NCBI GenBank assembly: GCA_039588275.1
Contig: JBDHAC010000006.1
Location: forward strand, 1-64,000
From: Gemmatimonadota bacterium
Lineage (GTDB): Bacteria > Gemmatimonadota > Gemmatimonadetes > Palauibacterales > Palauibacteraceae
DNA length: 64,000 nucleotides
Reading direction: 5' to 3'
Position numbers and translations under genes: made by a program. Each line of letters begins with the position of its first letter. The first letter of the stretch is position 1. The notes beneath the pieces were generated by a model. The model ran no database searches and was not told where the DNA came from. It was given only the letters and a program-made list of their open reading frames with translations. Below, in pieces: positions 18,220 to 28,149 of this stretch.

Positions 18220-20625
18220 GTGAAGCCCAGCGATCCGGCCAACAAGGCTACATCCCCCGTGGATGCATGCGAAGTCGCGATCGCGCGGCCCTTTATGGGC
18301 ACGCTCGCCTACCGGGTCCCCGACGGGCTGCGGGGGCGATTACGCCCAGGCGACCGCGTTCGCGTGCCGCTCGGCCAGCGTCGGGTGATCGGTGTCGTGG
18401 ATCGGGTGCAGCCCGCCGTCGATCGGGAGCTGCGTGACATCCTGGAGGTGCTCGACGAGTCCCCGGTGCTCGACGAGGGCCTCCTGCAGCTATGTCGTTG
18501 GGTGGCAGACTATTACGTCGCCCCGCTCGGGCTCGTGGTTCGCGCCGCGCTTCCGCCGGGTCTCATGGGTGGGCGTTCGAACGGTCGTGAAGGCCCGGCC
18601 GTTCGAACGCGGAGGGTGATCCGTCTCGTGAGCGAGCTCCCCACTCTGTCCGCGCGCGACAAGCTGTTCGGCCGATCTCCCCGGCAGCGCGAGGCGTTCG
18701 AGACGTTGGAGACCCTCGGCGGGCAGAGCGCGATGTCTCACATGTCGGGGCAGCTCGGCTTCAGCCGCGGCGTGCTGCAGGGGCTGGTGTCGAAGGGAGT
18801 GGCCGAGCTTACCGACGAGGTGGTGACCAGGGATCCGTTCGCGGACTTCGAGGCCCGCCCCACTGAGCGCCTGGAACCGACACCGGCCCAGACGGCCGTG
18901 ATCCAGGCCCTGCTCGACGAGGCCGCCGCACCCGACCCGCGGGTCGCTTTGCTGCACGGCGTGACGGGCTCCGGCAAGACGCTCGTCTATCTCGAAGTGC
19001 TCGAGGCGATCGTGAAGGAGCGCGGTCGCTCGGCGATCGTGCTGGTGCCGGAGATCTCGCTCACCCCGCAGACCGTGGAGCGGTTTCGCGGGTGCTTCGG
19101 GGACGATGTGGCCGTCTTGCACTCGGGGCTCTCCGACGGCGAGCGATACGACGCGTGGCGTGCCCTGAAGGCGCGGGACAAGCGGATCGCGATCGGGGCC
19201 CGCTCGGCGGTTTTCGCGCCCGTACCCGACCTCGGGGTGATCATTCTCGACGAGGAGCACGAGGGCAGCTACAAGCAATCCGACACGCCACGGTATCACG
19301 CGCGCTCGATTGCGGTAATGCGCGCGCGCCTGAGCAGCTGTCCCTGCGTGCTGGGGTCGGCGACACCAGCGGTCGAGAGCTGGGAGAACGCCCGCCGGGG
19401 CCGTTATCGGCTCCTGGAGCTTCCCGAGCGGGTGACGCGACAGGATCTGCCGTGCGTGGAGCTGGTGGACCTGCGTGGCGAGACGGACGTTCGCACCCCG
19501 GAGGCGCACGGTCGCGGCGGCGGTGACACCGACGCCGACGGCCCAGATGCCCGCGGCCCAGATGCCCGCGACTCGGATGGCCGCCCCTACGACGCCCGTG
19601 ACACGGATGCTCAGAGGGGCCCGTGCATCCTGTCGTCCTGCCTGGATGCAGCGATCCGAGAGAGGCTGGAGCGGGACGAGCAGGTGATCCTCCTCCTCAA
19701 CCGGCGGGGATACGCGACCTTCGTCCAGTGCTACGAGTGTGGGAAGGTGTGGAGCTGCCGGAGCTGCAGCGTCTCGCTTACCTATCATCGTCGCCGCGGT
19801 CGCCTCGTCTGCCACCACTGCGGCTTCGAGGCGGCTCCCCCCGATCGCTGCGACGCGTGCGGAGTTCCCGGCCCCACGTTCACCGGGCTCGGGACCGAAC
19901 AGGTGGAGCGACGGCTGGGCGAGCTGTATCCAGAGGCCCGCCTCGAGCGCATGGATCTGGACACGACCGGCACGAAGTGGGCGCATTTCGAGATCCTCGA
20001 GCGCTTTCGGCGGCGCGAGGTCGATATCCTCCTGGGGACGCAGATGATCGCGAAGGGGCTCGACTTTCCCGGCGTCACGCTGGTCGGCGTGGTGAACGCG
20101 GACACCGGTCTCAATCTTCCCGACTTCCGCGCCAGCGAGCGCACCTTCCAGCTCCTCGAACAGGTGGCGGGCCGTGCGGGGCGTGGGTCTGATCCCGGTG
20201 AAGTGCTCGTCCAGACCGCGCGGCCGCAGCACTTCGCCCTCCGGGCCGCCGCCGCGCACGACTACGTCGGTTTCGCGGAACAGGAACTGGAGGATCGCCG
20301 GGAACCCGGCTATCCACCGCATCGGCGGCTCGCCAACCTGGTGATCTCGGGGCGGCGCGAGGGGCAGGTCGCGGACACCGCGACCGAGCTCGCCGAATGG
20401 ACCCGACGCCTGATCGCGGCCCGCGAGATAGAGGGAATCGACGTCGTCGGCCCCGCCCCCTGCCCGATCGACCGCCTGCGTGACCGATGGCGCTGGCACT
20501 TCCTGCTCAAGTCGGATACACCCCCGGCGCTTGGCGCGGTGCTGCGCTTCCTCGCCCAGCGCCGGGGTCGCACCGATCGCCAGATCCGCCTCGAGATCGA
20601 CCGCGATCCCGAGGCGTTGCTGTAG
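18220..20625 (+). CDS. priA: Primosomal protein N'
   Basis: GVTGSGKT, LVPEISLT, DEEH, Cys-rich zinc motifs, GTQMIAKGLDF, QVAGRAGR. Confidence 0.97.
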   Translation: MKPSDPANKATSPVDACEVAIARPFMGTLAYRVPDGLRGRLRPGDRVRVPLGQRRVIGVVDRVQPAVDRELRDILEVLDESPVLDEGLLQLCRWVADYYVAPLGLVVRAALPPGLMGGRSNGREGPAVRTRRVIRLVSELPTLSARDKLFGRSPRQREAFETLETLGGQSAMSHMSGQLGFSRGVLQGLVSKGVAELTDEVVTRDPFADFEARPTERLEPTPAQTAVIQALLDEAAAPDPRVALLHGVTGSGKTLVYLEVLEAIVKERGRSAIVLVPEISLTPQTVERFRGCFGDDVAVLHSGLSDGERYDAWRALKARDKRIAIGARSAVFAPVPDLGVIILDEEHEGSYKQSDTPRYHARSIAVMRARLSSCPCVLGSATPAVESWENARRGRYRLLELPERVTRQDLPCVELVDLRGETDVRTPEAHGRGGGDTDADGPDARGPDARDSDGRPYDARDTDAQRGPCILSSCLDAAIRERLERDEQVILLLNRRGYATFVQCYECGKVWSCRSCSVSLTYHRRRGRLVCHHCGFEAAPPDRCDACGVPGPTFTGLGTEQVERRLGELYPEARLERMDLDTTGTKWAHFEILERFRRREVDILLGTQMIAKGLDFPGVTLVGVVNADTGLNLPDFRASERTFQLLEQVAGRAGRGSDPGEVLVQTARPQHFALRAAAAHDYVGFAEQELEDRREPGYPPHRRLANLVISGRREGQVADTATELAEWTRRLIAAREIEGIDVVGPAPCPIDRLRDRWRWHFLLKSDTPPALGAVLRFLAQRRGRTDRQIRLEIDRDPEALL

Positions 20626-20731
20626 CCAACGGCCCGTCGGCGCCCCGTTCCCAGCCGAAACCTTGTTACGCGCCCGCCGGAGCCGCATTTTCACGCTCCA
20701 TCAGTGGGGTTTACGGCAAGAAGGAGCGGTC

Positions 20732-21184
20732 ATGAGCGAGACAGGCGGCGCGCGGATCCGGGTCACTCTCCGGTGGCTTCAGATCCTGGACAACCTGGAG
20801 CCCTTCTACAAGGAAAAGGGCGAGTTTCGCTTCCGGTCTATCGTGTCGAGCGAGAACCGGGGCGGGATTCAGCACGAGACCCGCTTCCCGGAGGAAGGCC
20901 ACTGGTCGATATCCGACCATCCGGCCTGGAACCGGGAGCGGGTCAATCGCGTGCTGTTCGAGGGCGAAGTGGACGACCACCTCGTCATCGAGCTGTATGG
21001 CGAGGAGCTCGATACGATGAGCGCCAACGACATGCTAGACACTTACCGGAGGGAGTTCCGGGGTCCGGTAGATTCGTGGGTCGGCACCTATGGCCCGGGC
21101 GATGACATCGCCGAGGACCAGGACTCCGACGATCCGGAGATGATGAGCAACTGGCGCATCTTCTACGACATCGAGCAGGTCTGA
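20732..21184 (+). CDS. Acidic hypothetical protein
   Basis: AAGGAG RBS; 150-aa coherent ORF. Confidence 0.75.
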   Translation: MSETGGARIRVTLRWLQILDNLEPFYKEKGEFRFRSIVSSENRGGIQHETRFPEEGHWSISDHPAWNRERVNRVLFEGEVDDHLVIELYGEELDTMSANDMLDTYRREFRGPVDSWVGTYGPGDDIAEDQDSDDPEMMSNWRIFYDIEQV

Positions 21185-21269
21185 AGTCCAGGCGGCCTGG
21201 CGCGCCGAGGTTATACCAGACGGGCGGCCACGAGGCCGCCCGTCTTCGTTCCCACCTGATGAGGTATTC

Positions 21270-22658
21270 GTGATGGGACTCGTTGGACATCTCGTGGAAG
21301 GCAATGCCTGGTCGCTCGCGCCCGCCGCGTGGGTGTTGACGTTCCTTCTCTCCGGGTGCGCGGGGGAGGCGGTGAATCTTTCCGCCGACGTGCCGATGGA
21401 GGCGTACGCGGCGGTCGAGGAGTGCTCGGGGCTCGACGCCGATGAGAAGACCGATTGTTACCAGGGACATTTTCTGGCGCGTCTCGAGGAGGCGGGAGTG
21501 CGCGAAGCGTTGTCCACGCTCGAGGCGGCGGCAGCCATCGATGTCGACGTGGAGCGAGACGGTCACGTCTACGTGCACGGGATCGGCATCAGCTCGTACT
21601 CCCCCGGCGTCGATGTCTCCACCGTATTCGCGGAGTGCACGACGCTGTTCCAGTCCGGGTGCTATCACGGGGTATTGCAGGCGCATTTCATTGCGGTCGG
21701 TGACGTGACCAGCGATGTCGTGCGTGAGCTGTGTCAGGCGTACAAGGAGCCGGGCGCCGACCAGTGGGTTCTCTTCCAGTGCCTACACGGGATGGGGCAC
21801 GGGCTCACGATGTTCTATGAACACCATCTCCCTCGTGCGCTCGAGGCGTGCGACCTGCTCGAGTCGAGATGGGACCAGCAGTCGTGCTACGGCGGCGCAT
21901 TCATGGAGAACATCATGAACGCGACCACTCCTCATCACCCAGCATCGGAGCTGACCGCGGCGGTTCGGGACGAGGTGGCGGAGGCCGTGGCCGCGGGAGG
22001 CGAAGAGACCGCGGATGCGGCGGGTGAAGAGGCCGTGGAAGGCGCGATGGAGGAGGCCGCGGGAGGCGAGATGCACGCCCACGGCGCCGCGATGGCCGAG
22101 GGCGGACTCGCGGAAGGCGAAGATGCGTGGGAGCCCTGGGAAGCGTTGCGGGACGATGACCCGCACTATCCCTGCTCGGTCATGGAGCCCCGCTATCTTC
22201 GCGAGTGCTACATGATGCAGACCTCGGCAATGCTGTGGATGAACGACGGAGACATCGGCGATGCCGCCGAAAGCTGCGATGATGCACCCGAGCAGTGGCG
22301 GCCGACCTGTTTCCAGAGTCTGGGGCGCGACATCAGCTCCTACACGCTCCAGGACCCCGACGATTCGATCCGGGAGTGCAGCAAGGCGAACCCGGAATAC
22401 CGTGACTGGTGCTACATCGGGCTGGTCAAGAACTTCGTGGACCTGACCTCGGACACCCAGACCGGGTTCGAGTTCTGCCGAAAGGTGGAGGAGGACTCGA
22501 AGCCCCGCTGTTACGAGGCGCTCGGAGAGGAGATCGGGATCCTGCGCAGCACGCCGGAGGAGCGGTGGGAGCTTTGCGAAGCAGCGGAGTCGCCGCTGTA
22601 CCAGCAGTCGTGTCTGTACGGTGCCCGCGTGCAGACCACTCGACCTCCCGGCACCTGA
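21270..22658 (+). CDS. Cys/His-rich repeat lipoprotein of unknown function
   Basis: LLSGC lipobox; GCYHG, CLHGMGHG and CYGGAFME motifs; repeated C-x(n)-C[YFL]. Confidence 0.85.
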   Translation: MMGLVGHLVEGNAWSLAPAAWVLTFLLSGCAGEAVNLSADVPMEAYAAVEECSGLDADEKTDCYQGHFLARLEEAGVREALSTLEAAAAIDVDVERDGHVYVHGIGISSYSPGVDVSTVFAECTTLFQSGCYHGVLQAHFIAVGDVTSDVVRELCQAYKEPGADQWVLFQCLHGMGHGLTMFYEHHLPRALEACDLLESRWDQQSCYGGAFMENIMNATTPHHPASELTAAVRDEVAEAVAAGGEETADAAGEEAVEGAMEEAAGGEMHAHGAAMAEGGLAEGEDAWEPWEALRDDDPHYPCSVMEPRYLRECYMMQTSAMLWMNDGDIGDAAESCDDAPEQWRPTCFQSLGRDISSYTLQDPDDSIRECSKANPEYRDWCYIGLVKNFVDLTSDTQTGFEFCRKVEEDSKPRCYEALGEEIGILRSTPEERWELCEAAESPLYQQSCLYGARVQTTRPPGT

Positions 22659-22730
22659 ACCCCCGGCACCTGAGCGCCCAGCACCTGAGCGCCCGATACC
22701 TGAGACGCGGCGCGACGCCGAGCACCTGAC
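22651..22730 (+). repeat. 15-bp tandem repeat (GCACCTGAGCGCCCR-like) x4 plus a partial copy
   Basis: Units at 22651, 22666, 22681 and 22696, partial at 22722; the first contains the upstream gene's TGA. Confidence 0.85.
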
Positions 22731-22745
22731 GCCCTGCACGCGGTT

Positions 22746-23402
22746 TCAGGCCGCGGCACCTACTCCGGCCATGAAGCGCGCCAGCTTGGCCTCGTCCAGG
22801 GCGCCGTCGGTCCGCAGACCGCTGCACACGTCCACCCCGAACGGGCGCACTGCGCGGATCGCGTCCCCCACGTTGTCCGGGTCCAACCCTCCCGCCAGGT
22901 AGACCGGAGCCGCGACGTTCTCCACGATGGCGCGGCTCACGGTCCAGTCGTGGGTGCGCCCGGTCCCGCCGAGCTGTTTCACGGTGAGCCGCGGATCGCC
23001 GGAGTCGAGCAGGATCGCGTCCACGAAGGCCGCGTAATCCCGTGCCTCGTAGAGGGATTCCTCGCCCACGACGTGAACGACCTGCACGAGGGCGATGCCG
23101 GGCAGGAGCTCGCGCAGTGCGGCGAGAGCCCCCGGCTCCATCCGATCGACGAGCTGCAGCGTGTTGACGCGCGACTCGCGTTGCTGGGCCGCGATCGCCT
23201 CGGGGTCGGTCTGCGAAGTGAGCAGGACCGTGGCGACCCCCGGCGGAACGACGCGCGCGATCTCACGAATCGCCTCATCTGCAATGACCCCGGGGCCGCT
23301 CGGCATCGCCGAGACGAGACCCAGCGCCGAGGCGCCGTGGCGGACCGCCAGGCGTGCCTCGTCCACGCTGGCTATGCAGCACACCTTCACGCGGGGAATC
23401 AT
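22746..23402 (-). CDS. trpF: Phosphoribosylanthranilate isomerase
   Basis: RVKVCCI, LLDS, GGTGRTHDW, LAGGLDPDNV, FGVDVCSG. Confidence 0.92.
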   Translation of the reverse strand: MIPRVKVCCIASVDEARLAVRHGASALGLVSAMPSGPGVIADEAIREIARVVPPGVATVLLTSQTDPEAIAAQQRESRVNTLQLVDRMEPGALAALRELLPGIALVQVVHVVGEESLYEARDYAAFVDAILLDSGDPRLTVKQLGGTGRTHDWTVSRAIVENVAAPVYLAGGLDPDNVGDAIRAVRPFGVDVCSGLRTDGALDEAKLARFMAGVGAAA

Positions 23403-24436
23403 GCGTCCGACCCTGGGGCGCGCTCCGTGACCCCGAGCCCGGGCTCGTCGCCGAGTACGATGCGCCCCCTCTCGAGATGCGGGCCGCTGAACGGATCGTC
23501 CTTCAGCAGCTCCGCGCCGTCGAGGTCGGCGTAGTCCACAAGTGGGGCGAGGTGCGCCGACGCCGCGATCCCCAACGTCGTTTCCAGCATGCACCCGAGC
23601 ATCACCTCGAGCCCGCACGCTCGGGCGGTGTGGATCATCCGGAGCGCTTCGCGTGGTCCACCGCACTTGGAGAGCTTGATGTTGATCCCGTCCACTCGAT
23701 CGGACAGGCCCGGGATGTCGGACGCGACCAGGCAGGATTCGTCCGCGATTATCGGCAGCGCCGAGCGCGCGTGCACGGAAGCGAGTCCCTCGTGGTCCTC
23801 GGGCGGAACAGGCTGCTCCACGAACTCGACGCCGAAATCGCGCAGCATGGCGATCCCCTCGAGAGCCTCGCGCGGCGTCCAGCCCGCGTTCGCGTCCGCC
23901 CGTAGGACCACCTCAGGGGCGACGTCCCGGACGGCGCGTAGTATGGGCTCGTCGGCGTCGGTTCCGACCTTGATCTTCAGGATCGGGTACTCGGCCGCCT
24001 CGCGGACCTTGGCTGCCATTACCTCGGGCTCGTCGATTCCGATCGTGAACGAGCTCAGCGGCGCCGTGGTGGGGTCCAGCCCCCAAAGCCGCCACAGGGG
24101 CTGGCCGAGACGCTTGCCGATCCAGTCGTACAGCGCCGCCGAGACCGCCGCGTGCGCGGAGCCGTTCTTGGGAAGGAGCGCGCGCAGGTCGCGCTCGATC
24201 GTGTCGAGACCGAAGGGGTCCTCGACCGCCGCCAGGCTCGGGCGAAGCGTCTGGAGCGCCTGATCGACGGTGTCCGCGGACTCCCCGTAGTAGGAGGAGG
24301 GATCCGCCTCACCCCACCCCTCGATGCCCTCCAGCTCGATTCGGAGCCACACGACCGTGTCTTTGGTCCGGACGCCGCGACTGATTCGAAACGGGTGCTT
24401 GGTGTGGACCTCCAGCTTCTCCCAGGAGACCCTCAA
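23399..24436 (-). CDS. Dipeptide epimerase (L-Ala-D/L-Glu epimerase, enolase superfamily)
   Basis: KIKVG, DANAGW, EQP, DES, NIKLSKCGG, GCMLE, DLDG; TTG start chosen, uncertain. Confidence 0.92.
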   Translation of the reverse strand: MRVSWEKLEVHTKHPFRISRGVRTKDTVVWLRIELEGIEGWGEADPSSYYGESADTVDQALQTLRPSLAAVEDPFGLDTIERDLRALLPKNGSAHAAVSAALYDWIGKRLGQPLWRLWGLDPTTAPLSSFTIGIDEPEVMAAKVREAAEYPILKIKVGTDADEPILRAVRDVAPEVVLRADANAGWTPREALEGIAMLRDFGVEFVEQPVPPEDHEGLASVHARSALPIIADESCLVASDIPGLSDRVDGINIKLSKCGGPREALRMIHTARACGLEVMLGCMLETTLGIAASAHLAPLVDYADLDGAELLKDDPFSGPHLERGRIVLGDEPGLGVTERAPGSDA

Positions 24437-24479
24437 CGCACGATCCTCGCTGGACGGGCGTTGCCCCACCGGCGGCCGT

Positions 24480-24579
24480 TTCCCACTCGGCGGCGGGCGG
24501 TCCCGACTCGCCGGCGGGCGGTCCCGACTCGCCGGCGGGCATTCCCGACTCGCCGGCGGGCATTCCCCACTCGGCGGCG
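24480..24579. repeat. 21-bp tandem repeat x~5 (TCCCGACTCGCCGGCGGGCRK)
   Basis: Units at 24480, 24501, 24522, 24543 and 24564 with no spacers. Confidence 0.9.
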
Positions 24580-24590
24580 CGACCGACGCC

Positions 24591-25823
24591 TCACTCCGCC
24601 AGCCACATCTCGTGCTGGATCTCCCGGGGAGAGACCTCCGGTCCCTCATCCCCCATGTAGACGTTGATCTCGGTGCGCAGGCCGAAGCGACCCTCGTAAT
24701 ACACGCCGGGCTCCACCGAGAAGCCAATACCGGGGACCAGGCGCCGCTCGTCCCGCGTCTCGATGCTGTCGAGCGTCGGCCCGACGCCATGGAGCTCGCG
24801 GTCGATCCCGTGACCCGTCCGGTGCATGATCCCGTCGGCAAAGCCGCGCTCGGTCAGGACAGAGCGCACGTGGCGGTCCACGTCGGCGCCGGTCGGGAGG
24901 TCTTCCGGGTACGCGTCGCGGATCAGCTGCACGGCGCCGTCGCGTGCCGCCACGAGCGCCTCCCAGGCGGCCTGGACCTCCTCCGGGACCGACGAGCCCA
25001 GGTAACCCATCCAAGTCTGGTCGGCGAACACGGCGCTCGGCTCGTCCGCCGCGCGCGCCCACAGGTCTATGAGAAAGACCTCTCCGGCGCGTATCGGAGC
25101 GGAACCCTCGGGCTGCGGCTCGTAGTGCGGTAGGGCCGCGTTCTCACCCACCGCCACGATGGTATCGACTTCGGTCAGGCCTTCGGCGGTGAGTCGCGCG
25201 CGCACCCATTCCGCGAGCTCGTACTCGTTGGCCGGGAGCCCGTGGCCGCCGGCTTTCCCACCGCCACCATCTGCACCACCGCCGTCCGCGGCTGCGCGCG
25301 CGGCGAGCTCGAACGCGCTGCGCGCCGTCTCGGCGAGGATCTCGGCGGCACGACGCTGGAGCTCGAGACCCGTCTCTCCCCACTGCGCAGCGGTTCGCGA
25401 GATCAGATCGACCGAGCTCACGACGCGCACGCCCAGCGACTCGATCAGCTCCACCACGCCGGCCGGTACGTTGTCCACGTACGGCACTCCGTCGCCGGGT
25501 GATACCTCCATGGCCACCACGGCGTGACCCTCCAGCATGCGAGCCAGCGTCGCCTCCATCTCCTCCCACCCCACGTAGCTCTCAATCTCGTGGGGCCAGC
25601 CGTGCCAACCCGAAAGCTCGATGCGGTGCACGAGCGCGTGAGGAGCAGCATCGGGGGTAAGGAGCAGGAAGTACCGCCGCTTCTGACCCTCCGGCATGCC
25701 GAGCATGTCCGCGGCTACGTGGTTGCGCGCGTGGAAGTCGTATAGCAGCCACGCGTCCAGGTCGTTCGCCTGCAGCTCTTCGCGGGCTCGCTCGATGAAG
25801 GCCTCGCTCAGCGTGGCGCCCAT
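24591..25823 (-). CDS. Xaa-Pro peptidase family (M24) metallopeptidase
   Basis: PHY, IDLW, ADQT, HRTGHGI, SVEPGVY, GLRTE. Confidence 0.93.
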   Translation of the reverse strand: MGATLSEAFIERAREELQANDLDAWLLYDFHARNHVAADMLGMPEGQKRRYFLLLTPDAAPHALVHRIELSGWHGWPHEIESYVGWEEMEATLARMLEGHAVVAMEVSPGDGVPYVDNVPAGVVELIESLGVRVVSSVDLISRTAAQWGETGLELQRRAAEILAETARSAFELAARAAADGGGADGGGGKAGGHGLPANEYELAEWVRARLTAEGLTEVDTIVAVGENAALPHYEPQPEGSAPIRAGEVFLIDLWARAADEPSAVFADQTWMGYLGSSVPEEVQAAWEALVAARDGAVQLIRDAYPEDLPTGADVDRHVRSVLTERGFADGIMHRTGHGIDRELHGVGPTLDSIETRDERRLVPGIGFSVEPGVYYEGRFGLRTEINVYMGDEGPEVSPREIQHEMWLAE

Positions 25824-25886
25824 GGGATCTCCTCCTGTATGGATTCACCGTCCCTGGGTGGTGAGTCACCCGGAGCGGGAAGTTGC

Positions 25887-26954
25887 CTACCGTCTCGCGC
25901 TTCCGGACCCCTCCGCGGTCGAACCCTCCGGCGGCGTCTCCTGCGACCCCGACTGGGGCCCCGGTTGCGGCCCCGGCTGCGGCGCCTCCCGCAGCGTATC
26001 CCGCAGCGCGATCAGGTGGGCCACTACGTTGCGACCCGTTTCCTCGGGATTGTAACCGCCCTCCAGGAGCGAAACCACGCGACCGTGCGTGGTCGCGGAG
26101 GTGCGCCGGACGAGCTCGCGTGTGAGCGTCGCGAAGTCCTCCTCGCGCAGCGTGAATCCACCGATCGGATCGCCCACCCCCGCGTCGAAGCCGGCCGACA
26201 CGAGGACCAGCTGCGGGCTGAAGCGCCTGAGCACCTCGTCCAGCCCGTCGAGCAGCGCCTCGACGTACTCCTCGGGCGCGAGGCCCGGCGGACGGGGAAT
26301 ATTGAGCGTCGTCCCCGCGCCGGGGCCCGCGCCGGTCTCGCTGGTCGAGCCCGTGCCGGGGTATAGCGGACTCTGGTGCATGGAGAGGTAGAAGACCGCG
26401 GGGTCGTCGTAGAAGATGTCCTGGGTCCCGTTCCCGTGGTGGACGTCCCAATCGACGATCAGCACCCGCTCGGCGTCGCCGGTCCGGATCGCGTGCCGTG
26501 CCGCGATCGCGACGTTGTTGAACAGACAGAATCCCATCGCCCGATCCGCAGTCGCGTGGTGCCCGGGCGGCCGCACGGGACAGAAGGCCGCCCGTGTCTC
26601 ACCCGCCAACACGGCTTCCACGGCCGCGATCGCGCACCCCACGGCCCCGAGGGCCGCATCCCAGGACGCGGGCGAGACGACCGTATCCGCATCGACCGAC
26701 AGAATCTCCCCCGTCTCCTGCGCTAGATCGCAGGCCGCGCGGACCCGCTCGACGTGGCCCGACGTGTGAGCGAGCTCGAGCAGCCCGGGATCGGCCAAGG
26801 CTGCCTCAAATTGCTCTACATCCGCCACGAGAGTCGGGAGGGCGCGATACAGGGCCTGCACCACGGCCCTGAGGCGGCCCTGGTGCTCGGGGTGACCCCA
26901 ACCGGTGTCGTGGCGCGCACAGGCGGGATGGTGGAAGAGGGCTATCGATGCCAG
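25887..26954 (-). CDS. Histone deacetylase-family (AcuC/AphA-like) deacetylase
   Basis: [43 protein letters not shown]; start uncertain (possibly CTG). Confidence 0.93.
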   Translation of the reverse strand: MASIALFHHPACARHDTGWGHPEHQGRLRAVVQALYRALPTLVADVEQFEAALADPGLLELAHTSGHVERVRAACDLAQETGEILSVDADTVVSPASWDAALGAVGCAIAAVEAVLAGETRAAFCPVRPPGHHATADRAMGFCLFNNVAIAARHAIRTGDAERVLIVDWDVHHGNGTQDIFYDDPAVFYLSMHQSPLYPGTGSTSETGAGPGAGTTLNIPRPPGLAPEEYVEALLDGLDEVLRRFSPQLVLVSAGFDAGVGDPIGGFTLREEDFATLTRELVRRTSATTHGRVVSLLEGGYNPEETGRNVVAHLIALRDTLREAPQPGPQPGPQSGSQETPPEGSTAEGSGSARR

Positions 26955-27077
26955 GTCGACCTCGCTTGCCAGCTCGCTTCCAAGCGGGCGTTGTTGCTGG
27001 TGGAAAAGGCGAATCCTAGCTTGCCCTTTCCTCGAGGCAAGGCAACTGGGGTGACCGGAGTGCAGCACAGGAAGCGA

Positions 27078-28085
27078 ATGCCAGACCGCATGGCACTGAC
27101 CGTGGTCATCACGGTTCTCCTCTCGACGGCCGCTTGTGAGGTCGAGTGGGGTGGTGGGCGTATCGCGCTCGAAGACCCCGCACCACCTCCGGACACCACC
27201 GTCACCCCCGAAGAGCCCGACGTCCGGTTGGCCCCGATTCCCGATGGGCCGCTCCTGTTCCTCGCCCGGCTGAGTCCGGACGGATCGGCGCGTGTCGTTC
27301 CGCTCGCGAGCCTGGGAGGAGAACCGGTCGGCGCCGTGCTCACGTCGCTCGTGTATCCCGATACGGTCGACGACGGTTACCGCGCGCGGTTCGACTCCAC
27401 GTTCCTCGCGGCCGGCGCCGAACTCCAGTTGCACACGAGCGGCGAGCGCATCGGCTCCCTCATCCTGGAAGGGTCACCGAGGGTGAGAGGTGCCGCCTGT
27501 CCCAGCGTCGGATCCGGGCGCGCATTGCTGCTGCCCGGCCAGACGGCGCCACCATACGCGTTCGCGCTCCCGGCCGAGGCGGGCGACGCTGCCCCCGCCC
27601 TCGTCCGACCCATCGAGCCTACGCGCCGCATGTCTGTGGCGGGCCCGGTCCTGGCCGAGCGCCTGATCGACGATGCGCGCGCGTTCCTCGCCCAGCGTGT
27701 CGCCTTCACCCCCGTCTGGTTGCCCGACGACACCATCCCGGGGATGGCGGCCACGTACCTGGTCAACGACTCGCTCGCCCCGGGTCCACCCGCTGGAGAG
27801 GCCATCTCGTTGTTCTTCCTGGCGCAGTACGATGTGGCGGCCGGGTACCGGGCTCTGTGGCAGGAGGTGCGCCGCTACGACTCGGCCGCCGAGAAGGAGG
27901 TGTTCGAATACCTGGATTGGGTCCGGCTCCCCGCCGGGCGGTTGGATGTGCTGCGGCGGTACGATGGGACCCGGGCCGGTCTCGCCACGAGTCTCCTGCC
28001 GGAGGGTCCCGCGGCCGGATCACGCGAGGTCGGCTGGATCGAACCGACCGCGTGCAGCGCGCTGGAGCTGCTAGAGGGTCCCTGA
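27078..28085 (+). CDS. Hypothetical lipoprotein
   Basis: LLSTAAC lipobox-like signal; long coherent ORF. Confidence 0.75.
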   Translation: MPDRMALTVVITVLLSTAACEVEWGGGRIALEDPAPPPDTTVTPEEPDVRLAPIPDGPLLFLARLSPDGSARVVPLASLGGEPVGAVLTSLVYPDTVDDGYRARFDSTFLAAGAELQLHTSGERIGSLILEGSPRVRGAACPSVGSGRALLLPGQTAPPYAFALPAEAGDAAPALVRPIEPTRRMSVAGPVLAERLIDDARAFLAQRVAFTPVWLPDDTIPGMAATYLVNDSLAPGPPAGEAISLFFLAQYDVAAGYRALWQEVRRYDSAAEKEVFEYLDWVRLPAGRLDVLRRYDGTRAGLATSLLPEGPAAGSREVGWIEPTACSALELLEGP

Positions 28086-28149
28086 CCGCCAGGATTCGCT
28101 GGAGGGTCCCTGACCGCCAGGAGTCGCTGGAGGGTTCCCGACCGTCAGG
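28070..28149. repeat. 28-bp tandem repeat x~3 between convergent genes
   Basis: GCTRGAGGGTCCCTGACCGCCAGGAKTC at 28070 and 28098, degenerate copy at 28126. Confidence 0.88.

Noticed and set aside
24480..24579. CRISPR array (also considered at 28070 and 22651)
   Set aside because: Head-to-tail repeats without unique spacers; no cas genes
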